Positions 18,538 through 30,077 of a stretch of 64,000 bases of DNA are shown piece after piece (position 1 is the stretch's first letter; each line of letters begins with the position of its first letter). Source of the stretch: Escherichia phage MN04; the sequence record MT129654.1. One strand, written 5' to 3'. The notes under the pieces are model-generated. The model had not been told where the DNA came from. It saw nothing but the letters and a program-made list of their open reading frames with translations, and made no database searches. The translations under genes were made by a program, and so were the position numbers.

Positions 18538-19659
18538 TTAATATTTTTCTCTAAATTCAGCGACCCAAACCTGACCAGGTTTAGTGCCTGTTTTATCATA
18601 TAGCTGGGCTATGGTAGTACCCATATTTTTAGTTTCCGTACCAAAGTTCATACGAATACCGTTAACACCAAATTCAGCAGGTTTTGGCTGAGGTTCTGAT
18701 TCAGATATCTCACCGAACATAACATTTCGAACTCCGCCTTGGCCAGCCGAAGCTGTTTTTCTGGCATAAAGGGTAAAGTCTGTAGTACCTTCAGGAACCA
18801 TTACTACCCGTTCAAACGTCATCCATGCACCAGCAGGAACGTTGGAAGGAACGTCCATATTAACTGTCCCAGTTAAAGCACCTGAAGCATTAAAAAATCT
18901 AACAGACATCTGAGAAGTCCCGACGTCTTTTAAAGCCTGGTCGCACATCATTTGAAACTTAAGGTAAAAGAATTCACCTGGTTTCATATTATAATCTGTT
19001 AATGGGGTAGTAGGAGATTCGGTGGGAAATCGCTTAATTTCATCTCCCTCATTGCTTAGATAAGTGCTTTCGTCTTCAACAATTCTGACAGGATATCCTG
19101 TACCACCGACGTCGCTGATATCATCAAATACCACTTCTAATGGAGTAGAAACATCTTCGACAAGCACCCCATCATTATAAAGCACATGTTCCATTACTAT
19201 AGCATTCCTTCCCGAAACATAAAATGCTGAATAAGACGGCTCGAAGCGGTCTATTAGCCATTTAGATGGAAATGCGGTACTTCCTGCTGCATGGAACCAA
19301 TCGATAAGTTTTTGTGAAGCATTTAATCTACCGGAAGATACTAAACAAACTATTCTATTGGCTGGTATAGAATTTATATACGTTATAAAAGCTTCAGAAA
19401 TAACATCAAAATCTTTTGTAAAACTATAAGTTTTGTTAGCCACTATTTTGGGTTCAGCACTAACATCGATTTCTATAAGGTTTAATCCATTTTGAAAATT
19501 TTGGGAACCGAAGTTCCCATCTTGAAATTTAACATATGCCTTTGTGGTAGACTTAGTACAACTACCCGCTATACTAAGTTTATACCTTACGGCATTGTTT
19601 TCAGATAATGTAGGAACCTGGACATATCCTTGTCCAAATTCTGCCATAAATCTTTCCAT
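18538..19659 (-). CDS. 35: long tail fibre hinge connector gp35
   Basis: 373 aa (T4 gp35 is about 372 aa); position. Confidence 0.8.
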   Translation of the reverse strand: MERFMAEFGQGYVQVPTLSENNAVRYKLSIAGSCTKSTTKAYVKFQDGNFGSQNFQNGLNLIEIDVSAEPKIVANKTYSFTKDFDVISEAFITYINSIPANRIVCLVSSGRLNASQKLIDWFHAAGSTAFPSKWLIDRFEPSYSAFYVSGRNAIVMEHVLYNDGVLVEDVSTPLEVVFDDISDVGGTGYPVRIVEDESTYLSNEGDEIKRFPTESPTTPLTDYNMKPGEFFYLKFQMMCDQALKDVGTSQMSVRFFNASGALTGTVNMDVPSNVPAGAWMTFERVVMVPEGTTDFTLYARKTASAGQGGVRNVMFGEISESEPQPKPAEFGVNGIRMNFGTETKNMGTTIAQLYDKTGTKPGQVWVAEFREKY

Positions 19660-19667
19660 AATACCTC

Positions 19668-22600
19668 TTATTCAATCCACTCAAATTTAACGGATTTAGT
19701 GACCGGGTCAGGAATAATGCGAACGTTACCAATACGTAACCAATCAAGGATTGTAATGTTACCCATTGTAGCGTTATCAGCAGGCAATGCACCAACCTCT
19801 TCCGCAGAAGGAGGGTTATCTGCGGTATAGACCATAGAGAACGTAGTCCATGCGTTTTTATTTTTCTGCCAGGTGCGAGTATAACGAATAGTACCACCAT
19901 TCAATCCTGTAGGATAGCACACCCAATCCTGATAACATGAATCCAATGTATTACCAAACTGTGTTAACGTACCAGGATATTTAACTTCCTTATCACGAAC
20001 AGAATAATCAAACCAAGTACCACGTAATTTCTGACCTGATGTACCGAGAACTTCGTCACCAAAACTACCGTCTTCGTTACGATAACGAATAGCCGGGGAA
20101 CTAAATGCACCCGTTTCTGTCAACCAACCAGAAGCATTCCATATCTCATCAGAAACACCTGCAGGTTTAGTTTGGACCGTATCGATATTAACCTGACGTT
20201 TAGTTTTCATCGTCCAATAACCTGGGAACAGGTTAAATGTAGCCGAATCATTGATATCGACAGACCAGAAGCCAACTGTTTCTGCAGTAGGGGCCTGGGA
20301 TGCTAATGTAGGTTTAACACCAACAGAGCGGACGTATTTTTGAGCAACCAAACCATTGTTTGCCGATACTTGCCCTGTAGAAACGATAGTACCTGAAGTA
20401 GTTACGTTTTGCAATGAAGACAGAGCAGAAGCATTTAGTGTGGTTGTAGAAACACCGTTAGAAGTGGTTATACCTGTGATATTAGCATTCTTAGAAATAC
20501 TAATGGAACCACTATTAACAGCAAAGTCACCAGTCGTATTAAAGGTCCAGTAGGAAGATTCTAAAGAACCCGGCGATGGAAGATAATGTATTTTAAAATC
20601 ACGAGTTCCATCGTTTACAGTGCCTAAAGAGAATGTACCTTGCCCTAAACGTTGTTTAACAATAGGATGGAACTTGGCATCCGGGGTCGAATTTATCTCG
20701 GCAAAAATCGGAGCTAAAGTATCGCCTTGAGAGTTCCAAGTACCGGCACCTGACTGTGGTCCTACAAATTTAATAGATTTACCTGAGCTAACAGATACAT
20801 CATTTTTAAAAGTAGAATTCCCGGTTACTTCCAGAGAACCTAAAATAGTGTTGCCGGTAATATTAGCAGTACTAGAAGACACCAGAGGAGCCGCCAGGTT
20901 CAATTGTTTGGTCAGGATTAAAGAACCATTAACCGTTTGGTCGACGTCTCTACGAATGAACTGAAGTGAATCCAGACCATCCAATTTCTCGGAGTTCACA
21001 GCCGTAGCATTTATAGGTAAAAAGTTCTGTAAAGTTTTATTCATCTCGTAAGATGAAACCGCATAACCTGTTTTAGGATAGTTGGCTGCATTCAGAACAG
21101 TATCGTCGTTCTCATAAAGGCCTGTACCTGAGTTAAATTTAACACCAGAACCGGTAACTTTATTTCCTGAGTAAGTCAAAGCACCTTCGGTCAATTTAAC
21201 AAATCCACGACGAAGTGCAGTAGCTTCCCAAGTGGTTTCGGACTGTACTACATATTTTAAACCAGAAGGGCTTACAGCCAGAACTTTAGAAGTTCCTGCA
21301 GTGGTTTCGGTATTCGTTGCAACACGAATAATACCTTCAGAACTTTCAGTAGATTTTTTAGAGTGTAATTTCAAAGGAGTGATGATGGTTTTGTCATCAG
21401 TGCCAACATTGACTTCGGTCTGGGTAGCCAGACGAGCGGTACCACGTTGGGTCTCATTTGCTTCTCTAATATCTAGTGTATAATGGTTCCATAAGGTTCC
21501 TGATTCAATCAAACCGCTGGCTGCTGAGACAGAAGTTCTAGCAGTATCATTAAGTCTTGTTTTAATTTTCAACGGAGTTGAAATAACATTATCTAACGTA
21601 CCAGCATCAAATTCTGCTTGGGTTGCAATTCTAGCAATACCAGTCAATCCTTCCGTAGCTTTCCTGTCATTTAACGTTTTAGGCGTTACCGCACGAGTAT
21701 AATCTGTTCCAGTATCGGTCTCTACTTGCGTAGCAATTTCAATTAACCCTGTACGAGTATCAAGAGCCACACGGGCATGCAACGTTTCAGGAGAAACCGC
21801 ACTGTTAGCAAATCCGCTAGCAGACTGTCCAGTATTAACTTCTGACTGGGTAGAAAGATATACTGTACCTTGTTGGGCTTGAGTAGCTTTATATTGGTCA
21901 AGTGCTTTAGGAGAAATAACCAAATTGCCTACGTTCTTATTATAAACGTTAGTACCTACAGTGTCCCTAGCAGTCGCAGGAGTGGTGTCCACCGTAGAGG
22001 TATATTTTACAATACCTGAAAGACTTTCAGTGCCCTGGCGCGTCTGTAGCTTCTTAGGAGTAATAATGGTGGTATCGTCAACACCAGCATCAGTTTCCTG
22101 TTGCGTAGCAATTTCAGCTACACCACGACGAGTTTCGGTTGCAGTACGTTCGTTTAATTTCTTAGGAGAAATAATCAAATCGTCCTGGAATGCGAAGGTT
22201 GTGTCCTGGTTCACCTGAGCAGTAGTAGCAATACGAGCAATACCACGACGAGTTTCAGTGGCAACACGATTGGCTAAAGTCTGCGGAGTAATTGCAAGTT
22301 CTTTTTCAGGATTATTTTCATGGTCGACGTTTGCCTGGGTCTGAGACGCAAGGGCAATAACACCTAGACGAGCACGAGTTAAATCATCCTTAGAATCAAC
22401 ACGTTCTACCGTAGGAACGTTCTGAGCAACAACCCAATATTTACCACCTGTAGTGGTGTCTTCGATATAACTCAGTTCAATAACCGGGGTATAACTTATA
22501 TTACCATTAAAGGTCAATACATCATTCAACACCCATTCAGTATCTGGTGGATATTCAGAACGTTTAGGGAACTGGAGCAATTGAACCGAAGAAGCAATTT

Positions 22601-23717
22601 TATCACCTACAGCGGCCTTAATATTTACTGTCTGTGCTTTACGAAGATAGTTCAATGCGATTTTAATAGTATCGCCTTGTGCTACGCTAGTAGGTAAAGT
22701 GATGTTAATAGTTTGTGGAGTTGTGTTATTAGGACCAAAAACAATAATACTTTCGTTAGCCAAAAGTTCTACGTCATCACGAATAACACGCAGACGAGTT
22801 TGACGGTCACCGTCCCAAACATACCACATTTTTTCAACAGAGTTATAAACAAAGAATCCATCACCAGAGGTACGGAATTCCATGCTATGCTGGCCAGGCT
22901 TACCTAATGAAGATGACGCATCAAACGTTTCAACTACTAAATGGAACTTACTTCCAAGACCATCGATATCAACGGTTTTAACCATATCACCTTGGTTTGC
23001 ATACTTAGGAAGAGTAAATTTAATTACTGCACCTGAAGTATAACGACGTAAAACGTTATCACCTGCTTGAGCTTGGAACTGTGCAGTATTGGGCTCTACG
23101 CGAATACCACGTTCTTCGTTACCTGCTTCCCAGAAATGCCAAAGGCGGTTAGCAAAGATAAGCATGTTATAAGAAAAAGGCTTCGTAATTAAGGTCTCAG
23201 TAAACTGATTACCAAAACGAACAATTTTCTGGTTACCGCCACCAGGAGCAGAACTAGATTGGACCTTTATTTCGTTATAACCAACACGTCCACCGATATC
23301 TTTAATTACAACGGTATCGCCATCAGTAGGGTTCGGAGGCAGGGTAAATGTAGTAAAGCTAGCAGCAGAATCCACAGCAATATATTCACCGGAAGCCAGC
23401 TGGCGTGTAGGAGATGCTACGGTAATCCATTTAGGGTCAGTACGGGTAGCAGTCCAATAACCAGGTACAAAGGCTCCTGCTGGAGCATTGATATCACGTT
23501 GAGCAACCCAAATACGTTGGTCATGGATTACTGCAAACCCTTTCTTATATCCGCGCGTCTCGTCGTACGCCTGGATGGTGTTCTCATCTATAAAGAATTC
23601 AACGTTGACGCCATCATCTAATACATTGTAATCGGCTTTGGCAACATTGATAACTTTCTCGCCCGCAGCATCGAGTCCGGATGTAGCACGGAATGCAGGT
23701 TTTAAAATATCAGCCAT
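19668..23717 (-). CDS. 34: long tail fibre proximal subunit gp34
   Basis: 1349 aa; internal repeats ATETRRG(I/V)A(R/E)IAT; C-terminus PDPVTKSVKFEWIE; late promoter upstream. Confidence 0.9.
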   Translation of the reverse strand: MADILKPAFRATSGLDAAGEKVINVAKADYNVLDDGVNVEFFIDENTIQAYDETRGYKKGFAVIHDQRIWVAQRDINAPAGAFVPGYWTATRTDPKWITVASPTRQLASGEYIAVDSAASFTTFTLPPNPTDGDTVVIKDIGGRVGYNEIKVQSSSAPGGGNQKIVRFGNQFTETLITKPFSYNMLIFANRLWHFWEAGNEERGIRVEPNTAQFQAQAGDNVLRRYTSGAVIKFTLPKYANQGDMVKTVDIDGLGSKFHLVVETFDASSSLGKPGQHSMEFRTSGDGFFVYNSVEKMWYVWDGDRQTRLRVIRDDVELLANESIIVFGPNNTTPQTINITLPTSVAQGDTIKIALNYLRKAQTVNIKAAVGDKIASSVQLLQFPKRSEYPPDTEWVLNDVLTFNGNISYTPVIELSYIEDTTTGGKYWVVAQNVPTVERVDSKDDLTRARLGVIALASQTQANVDHENNPEKELAITPQTLANRVATETRRGIARIATTAQVNQDTTFAFQDDLIISPKKLNERTATETRRGVAEIATQQETDAGVDDTTIITPKKLQTRQGTESLSGIVKYTSTVDTTPATARDTVGTNVYNKNVGNLVISPKALDQYKATQAQQGTVYLSTQSEVNTGQSASGFANSAVSPETLHARVALDTRTGLIEIATQVETDTGTDYTRAVTPKTLNDRKATEGLTGIARIATQAEFDAGTLDNVISTPLKIKTRLNDTARTSVSAASGLIESGTLWNHYTLDIREANETQRGTARLATQTEVNVGTDDKTIITPLKLHSKKSTESSEGIIRVATNTETTAGTSKVLAVSPSGLKYVVQSETTWEATALRRGFVKLTEGALTYSGNKVTGSGVKFNSGTGLYENDDTVLNAANYPKTGYAVSSYEMNKTLQNFLPINATAVNSEKLDGLDSLQFIRRDVDQTVNGSLILTKQLNLAAPLVSSSTANITGNTILGSLEVTGNSTFKNDVSVSSGKSIKFVGPQSGAGTWNSQGDTLAPIFAEINSTPDAKFHPIVKQRLGQGTFSLGTVNDGTRDFKIHYLPSPGSLESSYWTFNTTGDFAVNSGSISISKNANITGITTSNGVSTTTLNASALSSLQNVTTSGTIVSTGQVSANNGLVAQKYVRSVGVKPTLASQAPTAETVGFWSVDINDSATFNLFPGYWTMKTKRQVNIDTVQTKPAGVSDEIWNASGWLTETGAFSSPAIRYRNEDGSFGDEVLGTSGQKLRGTWFDYSVRDKEVKYPGTLTQFGNTLDSCYQDWVCYPTGLNGGTIRYTRTWQKNKNAWTTFSMVYTADNPPSAEEVGALPADNATMGNITILDWLRIGNVRIIPDPVTKSVKFEWIE

Positions 23718-23749
23718 TTTATTTCCTTTTCGTTTTCAGGGTATAGAAC

Positions 23750-23757
23750 TATTTATA
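23750..23757 (-). promoter_or_regulatory. late promoter (TATAAATA) for gene 34
   Basis: Reverse complement reads TATAAATA about 35 nt upstream of gene 34 start. Confidence 0.6.
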
Positions 23758-23764
23758 GCAAAGT

Positions 23765-23793
23765 GTTTACTTCTTCCAGGGCCATGATATAAT
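23765..23793 (+). promoter_or_regulatory. early promoter of rnh
   Basis: GTTTAC, 17 nt, TATAAT. Confidence 0.6.
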
Positions 23794-23824
23794 AACCTTC
23801 TACACTAATTGGACAGAGGTTCAT

Positions 23825-24772
23825 ATGAACGATTTAGATTTTTTACTTCCTGAAGAAGACCAACAAAAAGATGGATTTTTACTCCTGGATTTCAGCCAAA
23901 TCATTATGGCGGCAGCCTTCCAAGAATTTGGTGAAAACGCTGGATTTCCTAAAGTAACAACAGCAATGCTTCGACATCTCGTCTTGAATTCAATCAAGAA
24001 AAACATTAAAGACTTTAAAAAACAAGGTTACAACCAACTAATCATTTGTGTTGATAACTCTAAATCAGGTTATTGGCGTCGTCGTTATTCTTCTTATTAT
24101 AAGAAAAACCGTGCTAAGGCACGTGACGAATCACCATTTGATTGGGAAGGCTTATTCACTGCAATGCATATTATTGTGGATGAGCTTGAACAAAACATGC
24201 CTTATATTGTTATGAATATCGACACAATCGAGGCCGATGACCATATTGCTGTATTGACTCGCATCCTTACGGCTTTAGGTCATCCTGTTATGATTGGCTC
24301 TTCTGATGGTGACTTTACCCAACTTCATAAATTCCCTGGTGTAAAACAATGGTCTCCAATGCAGAAAAAATTCGTCAAAACAAAATCTGGTGATGCTCTG
24401 CTTGATTGTGTGACCAAGGTTGTTAAAGGTGACCGCAAGGATAACGTTGCAAGTATTAAAGTTCGTGGTGATTATTGGTTGACAATGGTTGAAGGTGAAC
24501 GTACTCCTAGCACTCGTGCTAAGGAACTTGAAGCAATTGCTCTGAATTATTATGACCATGATATAATTAAAACACTTCTTACTGAGGAACAATATGAACG
24601 TTTCTGTGAAAACCAAATCTTAATTGATATGGACTTTATTCCAGATGATATTGTTGCTTTAATTACTGAAAGATATAATACGTATAACAAACCTTCGAAA
24701 TCTAAAGTTTATCCTTATTTCGTTAAATCAGGTTTGTCTAAACTAACTGCTACAGTAGCTGATTTTTATTAA
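23825..24772 (+). CDS. rnh: RNase H (5'-3' exonuclease / flap endonuclease)
   Basis: 315 aa; GYWRRRYSSYYKKNR, EADDHIAVL, SSDGDFTQLHK motifs match T4 RNase H. Confidence 0.9.
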   Translation: MNDLDFLLPEEDQQKDGFLLLDFSQIIMAAAFQEFGENAGFPKVTTAMLRHLVLNSIKKNIKDFKKQGYNQLIICVDNSKSGYWRRRYSSYYKKNRAKARDESPFDWEGLFTAMHIIVDELEQNMPYIVMNIDTIEADDHIAVLTRILTALGHPVMIGSSDGDFTQLHKFPGVKQWSPMQKKFVKTKSGDALLDCVTKVVKGDRKDNVASIKVRGDYWLTMVEGERTPSTRAKELEAIALNYYDHDIIKTLLTEEQYERFCENQILIDMDFIPDDIVALITERYNTYNKPSKSKVYPYFVKSGLSKLTATVADFY

Positions 24773-24782
24773 GGTGAATATA

Positions 24783-25052
24783 ATGGCTAAAGAAAAAGTG
24801 AAAGTTGAATTCAACCAAGAAGAACATGGTAATACCCTGGCCCAGTTGATTAAAACTGCTTCCGATACTAAATTAAAAATGGAAGCATATGGTGACGAAA
24901 TTAAAGATATCAAAGACCGTGCTAAGACTGAACTTGGTGTAGACGGTAAAATGTTTAACCAGCTGTTCTCCTTGTATCATAAAGGCACTCGTGAACGTTT
25001 CGAAGACGAAAAAACTGAAGTGGTAGAACTGTATGACACAATCTTTGAATGA
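24783..25052 (+). CDS. dsbA: dsDNA-binding late transcription protein DsbA
   Basis: 89 aa from first ATG (track start GTG 24774), same length as T4 DsbA; synteny rnh-dsbA-33. Confidence 0.7.
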   Translation: MAKEKVKVEFNQEEHGNTLAQLIKTASDTKLKMEAYGDEIKDIKDRAKTELGVDGKMFNQLFSLYHKGTRERFEDEKTEVVELYDTIFE

Positions 25053-25335
25053 TTTTGATGGAGCGGTTAATACCGCTTCTGAACCTGTCCATGTATTGGT
25101 AAACAAACAACAGAATGGCCTTGATATTGAGGCCTTTGTTGAGGCTGAAGGGTGTAGTTACCTCGAAGCGGCTACCGCATGGTTGGAAGAGAACAGCATC
25201 CCTGAAGGTAACTTTGCTCGTTATTTGCCTGCAGGAATTATTGATAAAATTATGAACGAGGCCATTGATGATAACTTGCTTCGTCCTTCAATGGCACGAA
25301 CGCAAAAAACTAATACTCTGGATTTCTTGTTATGA
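25033..25335 (+). CDS. 33: late transcription co-activator gp33
   Basis: 100 aa; C-terminus LLRPSMARTQKTNTLDFLL resembles T4 gp33. Confidence 0.7.
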   Translation: MTQSLNDFDGAVNTASEPVHVLVNKQQNGLDIEAFVEAEGCSYLEAATAWLEENSIPEGNFARYLPAGIIDKIMNEAIDDNLLRPSMARTQKTNTLDFLL

Positions 25336-25985
25336 TTAAGATTCGCATGCCACCAAACAATAACCGTATGGTGAATGGCAAGAGCGTATATTCACTATAC
25401 TTAATGCTCAAACATCACTTCAATGCCAAATACGACGTTATAAAATATAACTGGGTCATGCGAATCTCCGATACGGCTTACCAAAAACGTCGTGACAAAT
25501 ATTTCTTCGAGAAATTGAGTGATAAATACACTTTGAAAGAGCTTGCTCTTATCTTCATGAGTAACTTGGTGGCTAACCAAGACGCATGGATTGGCGACAT
25601 CAGTGATGCTGACGCCTTAGTCTTTTACCGAGAATATATCGGTAGACTTAAAAGAATAAAACAAGTTTTTGAGGACGATATCAAAAACATCTATTATTTC
25701 AGTAAGAAAGTGGAAGTTCAAGCGCTTTCTGAAATTTTTGATTATAATAAAAAAGTTAATTCGAGCTATATTTTTAAGCTCCTTCAATCGAATGTGATTT
25801 CATTCGAAACGTTTATTTTGCTTGATTCATTTATGGACATAATAAATAAACATGATGAACAGACTAACGATTTAGTGTGGTCTAAGTATTCGACTAAATT
25901 AAATGCTTATAAGAAAATCCTTATAATCGATAATTTAGAAGCTCGTAAATTGTTCATTGAAACTATCAAATCTTGCAAGTTTTAA
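25332..25985 (+). CDS. 59: helicase loader gp59
   Basis: 217 aa; DVIKYNWVMRISDTAYQKRRDKYFF and LVANQDAWIGDISDADALVFYREYIGRLK match T4 gp59. Confidence 0.85.
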   Translation: MIKIRMPPNNNRMVNGKSVYSLYLMLKHHFNAKYDVIKYNWVMRISDTAYQKRRDKYFFEKLSDKYTLKELALIFMSNLVANQDAWIGDISDADALVFYREYIGRLKRIKQVFEDDIKNIYYFSKKVEVQALSEIFDYNKKVNSSYIFKLLQSNVISFETFILLDSFMDIINKHDEQTNDLVWSKYSTKLNAYKKILIIDNLEARKLFIETIKSCKF

Positions 25986-26074
25986 TGCTTCAAATCAACT
26001 GTGTTAATATACTAACTCAATCTGTTAAAAACTGTCAATAAAATACAACTGCTAAATCTGCTAAGGTAAATAAT
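25986..26074 (+). promoter_or_regulatory. gene 32 5' leader (candidate autogenous translational operator)
   Basis: AU-rich unstructured leader before gp32 start; analogous to the T4 gp32 operator. Confidence 0.35.
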
Positions 26075-26980
26075 ATGTTTAAACGTAAAGACCCTTCCCA
26101 ACTGGCTGCTCAACTGTCTGCAATGAAAGGTGGTTCTTCTTTCTCTTCCGATGATAAAGCTGAATGGAAATTGAAAGATGACAATGGTGTTGGTACTGCG
26201 GTAATTCGTTTCCTACCTTCGAAAAACGAAGAAAATCCATCTCCATTCGTTAAGCTCGTTAACCACGGCTTTAAGAAAAATGGTCAATGGTACATTGAAA
26301 ACTGTACGTCTACTCACGGTGATTTCGATTCTTGTCCTGTATGTAAATACATGAACCAGAACGATACATATAATACTAATAACGCCGAATACAAACTGAT
26401 GAAACGTAAAACTTCCTTCTGGGCTAACATCCTTGTTATTAAGGATAGTGCAGTGCCTGCTAACGAAGGTAAAGTGTTTAAATTCCGTTTCGGTCAGAAA
26501 ATTATGGATAAAATCAACCAGATGGTTGAAGTTGATACTGATATTGGTGAAGTGCCGGTTGACGTAACATGTCCGTTTGATGGTGCTAACTTCGTACTGA
26601 AATCTAAGAAAGTTGGCGACTTCAAAAACTACGACGATTCCAAATTCATGGGTCAGTCTGAAATTCCTAACATCAATGATGAAGCTTACCAAGCTAAATT
26701 GATGGAAGAAATGCACGACCTTTCTAAACTGCTCGAGTTCAAATCCTTTGAAACTAACGAAGCCAAGTTTAAGAAAGTTGTTGGTACTGCTGCTCTTGGT
26801 GGTGCTGCCGCTAAAGCTTCTGCAGCTGCTGATAAGATTGGTGATGACCTGGACGCATTCAGTGCAGACCTTGATGCATATGATTCCAAACCGTCTACAC
26901 CGGCCCGTTCCACTACTCCTGAACCATCAGTAAGTCCTTCTGATGACGATGGTCTGGACGACCTGTTAGCTGGTCTATAA
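26075..26980 (+). CDS. 32: single-stranded DNA-binding protein gp32
   Basis: 301 aa; [36 protein letters not shown] and acidic C-terminal tail as in T4 gp32. Confidence 0.9.
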   Translation: MFKRKDPSQLAAQLSAMKGGSSFSSDDKAEWKLKDDNGVGTAVIRFLPSKNEENPSPFVKLVNHGFKKNGQWYIENCTSTHGDFDSCPVCKYMNQNDTYNTNNAEYKLMKRKTSFWANILVIKDSAVPANEGKVFKFRFGQKIMDKINQMVEVDTDIGEVPVDVTCPFDGANFVLKSKKVGDFKNYDDSKFMGQSEIPNINDEAYQAKLMEEMHDLSKLLEFKSFETNEAKFKKVVGTAALGGAAAKASAAADKIGDDLDAFSADLDAYDSKPSTPARSTTPEPSVSPSDDDGLDDLLAGL

Positions 26981-26997
26981 GTTATTGATTTATAATG

Positions 26998-27022
26998 GGA
27001 AGACTTCGGTCTTCCCTTTTTG
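26998..27022 (+). terminator. rho-independent terminator after gene 32
   Basis: GGGAAGAC-TTCG-GTCTTCCC hairpin + TTTTT. Confidence 0.65.
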
Positions 27023-27032
27023 GCATTTAATG

Positions 27033-27061
27033 GTTTACAATGCCTTTAAACATGATACTAT
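27033..27061 (+). promoter_or_regulatory. early promoter cassette
   Basis: GTTTAC, 17 nt, TACTAT, then TCCTATCAACTA. Confidence 0.5.
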
Positions 27062-27090
27062 AGTCCTATCAACTACATGAGGAAATAAAA

Positions 27091-27462
27091 ATGGAAATTG
27101 GTAAATTTTACGTATTAGACCCTGCTGCCAAAAAACAATTCATCGCTGGTAGTCCTGATGATAATTATAATTCGTGCATAGTAAGATTGTTGGAACAACA
27201 TGGCAATTCCTTCAAAGTCCTGGATATGAGTTATATTGAAGGTGATTATTTTGTTGAAAAAGTTGAAATGAAAGATGGCACCATCCTGAATAGTATGGGC
27301 GGTGCTGATGAGTACTTTGAACTCGGTGAATGGGAATTCTGTCACTTCCTGGAAGTTGATGGCGATGCTCCTGCCGTTGATACCCAAACTATCCATGTAC
27401 AGGTAAACCACAAAAATGCGGCAGAAGTTGTTGCCTTGATTAAAGCTACCTTTGGAATTTAA
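27091..27462 (+). CDS. hypothetical protein (123 aa), paralog A
   Basis: ATG after GAGGAAATAAAA SD; shares (E/D)EYFEL..E.EF..F motif with next ORF. Confidence 0.4.
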   Translation: MEIGKFYVLDPAAKKQFIAGSPDDNYNSCIVRLLEQHGNSFKVLDMSYIEGDYFVEKVEMKDGTILNSMGGADEYFELGEWEFCHFLEVDGDAPAVDTQTIHVQVNHKNAAEVVALIKATFGI

Positions 27463-27464
27463 AA

Positions 27465-27848
27465 ATGAAAATTGGTAAAAAATACGAACTTCGCCCTGAG
27501 TGTATCAAAGCTTTTATTAATATCACCCCTATCAATAATAATGATATGGTCGATATTATCCAAGAAAACGGCGGGTGGTTTGAAGTAAAGGATACAATGA
27601 CCACAGATGGGGATAAATTTGTAACTAAAATCAAATGTGCTAATGGCAAGATTTTTAGTGCAGATGGAACACTAGAGGAATATTTTGAATTGCATGAAGA
27701 TGAGTTCTATTGCTTCCGTGAATATGATGGACAAGATGAAGTTGACAAACCTGTTACTAAGACCGGCGTGACCCAAATCCATTGCATTGTCACTGAACAG
27801 AACGTCGACCAAATTATTGAACTTTTGCAAAAAACTTTTAAGGCCTAA
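27465..27848 (+). CDS. hypothetical protein (127 aa), paralog B
   Basis: Adjacent to paralog A, similar length and shared motif. Confidence 0.4.
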   Translation: MKIGKKYELRPECIKAFINITPINNNDMVDIIQENGGWFEVKDTMTTDGDKFVTKIKCANGKIFSADGTLEEYFELHEDEFYCFREYDGQDEVDKPVTKTGVTQIHCIVTEQNVDQIIELLQKTFKA

Positions 27849-27849
27849 C

Positions 27850-28110
27850 ATGACTAAAGATGATTTCCTGGATGCAGTAGAAAAAGCCAGTGAGAAATTT
27901 GAAGTGATGGGTGTACGAGTTCATAAAGACCGAAATTACGGCCTCGATATCCAAACGTATTCGTTATGGCTTGTAGGCGAACATAGTCTTGTAACCACCT
28001 TAGTTATGGGTGTTGATGCTCAACCCTTACTGGTTAAATTCAGAAGTATGGAAAAAGCTACCAAAGAAATGATTAAACTTGGTAAATGGCTTGATAAAAT
28101 TCAAAAATAA
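27850..28110 (+). CDS. hypothetical protein (86 aa)
   Basis: First ATG in track ORF 27787; overlaps upstream stop. Confidence 0.35.
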   Translation: MTKDDFLDAVEKASEKFEVMGVRVHKDRNYGLDIQTYSLWLVGEHSLVTTLVMGVDAQPLLVKFRSMEKATKEMIKLGKWLDKIQK

Positions 28111-28112
28111 AT

Positions 28113-28148
28113 GTTTACAAGGTCTATAGGCATGATACTATAGACCTA
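28113..28148 (+). promoter_or_regulatory. early promoter cassette with stem-loop around -10
   Basis: GTTTAC, 17 nt, TACTAT; AGGTCTATAG/CTATAGACCT inverted repeat. Confidence 0.5.
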
Positions 28149-28173
28149 TCAACTAACGAGTGAGGAAAATAAA

Positions 28174-28401
28174 ATGGCTAAGGTTAATATTGATATCGTT
28201 GATTTTGAATACACTTACGAAGTTATCCGTAATCGTTATCCTTCTTTGACTATGACTTATATCAAAGACACACAATTCTGTAGTATGCAAATTGAAGTCC
28301 AAGGTCCTCTTGAAGACCTTACCCGCTTTATGGCTGATGAATATTGCGATGGTATGCATGCTGAAGACGCTGAATTTTATATGGGCTTAATTCAAAAATA
28401 A
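28174..28401 (+). CDS. hypothetical protein (75 aa)
   Basis: ATG after GAGGAAAATAAA SD; own promoter cassette. Confidence 0.4.
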   Translation: MAKVNIDIVDFEYTYEVIRNRYPSLTMTYIKDTQFCSMQIEVQGPLEDLTRFMADEYCDGMHAEDAEFYMGLIQK

Positions 28402-28403
28402 GT

Positions 28404-28440
28404 GTTTACCTAAGGCTATGGTAGTGATACTATAGCCTTA
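28404..28440 (+). promoter_or_regulatory. early promoter cassette with stem-loop around -10
   Basis: GTTTAC, 17 nt, ATACTA; AAGGCTAT/ATAGCCTT inverted repeat. Confidence 0.5.
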
Positions 28441-28459
28441 TCAATTTGAGGAGAATAAA

Positions 28460-28699
28460 ATGAAATTACAACGTGAATCAATTAAAGATTCTGAAGTTAA
28501 AGGCAAATGGTACTTCACAATCCAAGGTAACAATCCGGAAGCTCTGGAAAAAGCCGAACAAGCTTTGTGTGAAATGGGCTGGAAAGATGAGTGTGATGGA
28601 TGTCCTCTTTATGAAGATGGTAGCTCATCTGGTTTCTGGATTCACCATTCCGATGTTGATCAATTTAAAGCTGACTGGAAAGTCGCTAAGAAAGCATGA
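28460..28699 (+). CDS. hypothetical protein (79 aa)
   Basis: ATG after GAGGAGAATAAA SD; own promoter cassette. Confidence 0.4.
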   Translation: MKLQRESIKDSEVKGKWYFTIQGNNPEALEKAEQALCEMGWKDECDGCPLYEDGSSSGFWIHHSDVDQFKADWKVAKKA

Positions 28700-28709
28700 G
28701 GAAAATATA

Positions 28710-28954
28710 ATGCAAATTACTATAAATTTAAAAGAGTTTACTGGTACTGAAGCAGAATTAGATAGACTTTATAATAATACAGCATATGACGAATCCTTTT
28801 GGGTCAGGGACCGTTATGAAAACCTCCATAAGGTGTCTTTGGCCTGGGAGCAAGGCCGTGGTAATAATTATCGTTTTGTTAAGGGTGATATTTCCTATTA
28901 TAACCATCATGACATCATTTGGCCAAACGATATCACACATGTTGAGGTGCTATA

Positions 28955-28955
<1 letters not shown>
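28710..28955 (+). CDS. hypothetical protein (81 aa)
   Basis: ATG after GAGGAAAATATA SD; track ORF 28473 over-extends upstream. Confidence 0.35.
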
Positions 28956-30076
<1,121 letters not shown>

Positions 30077-30077
<1 letters not shown>

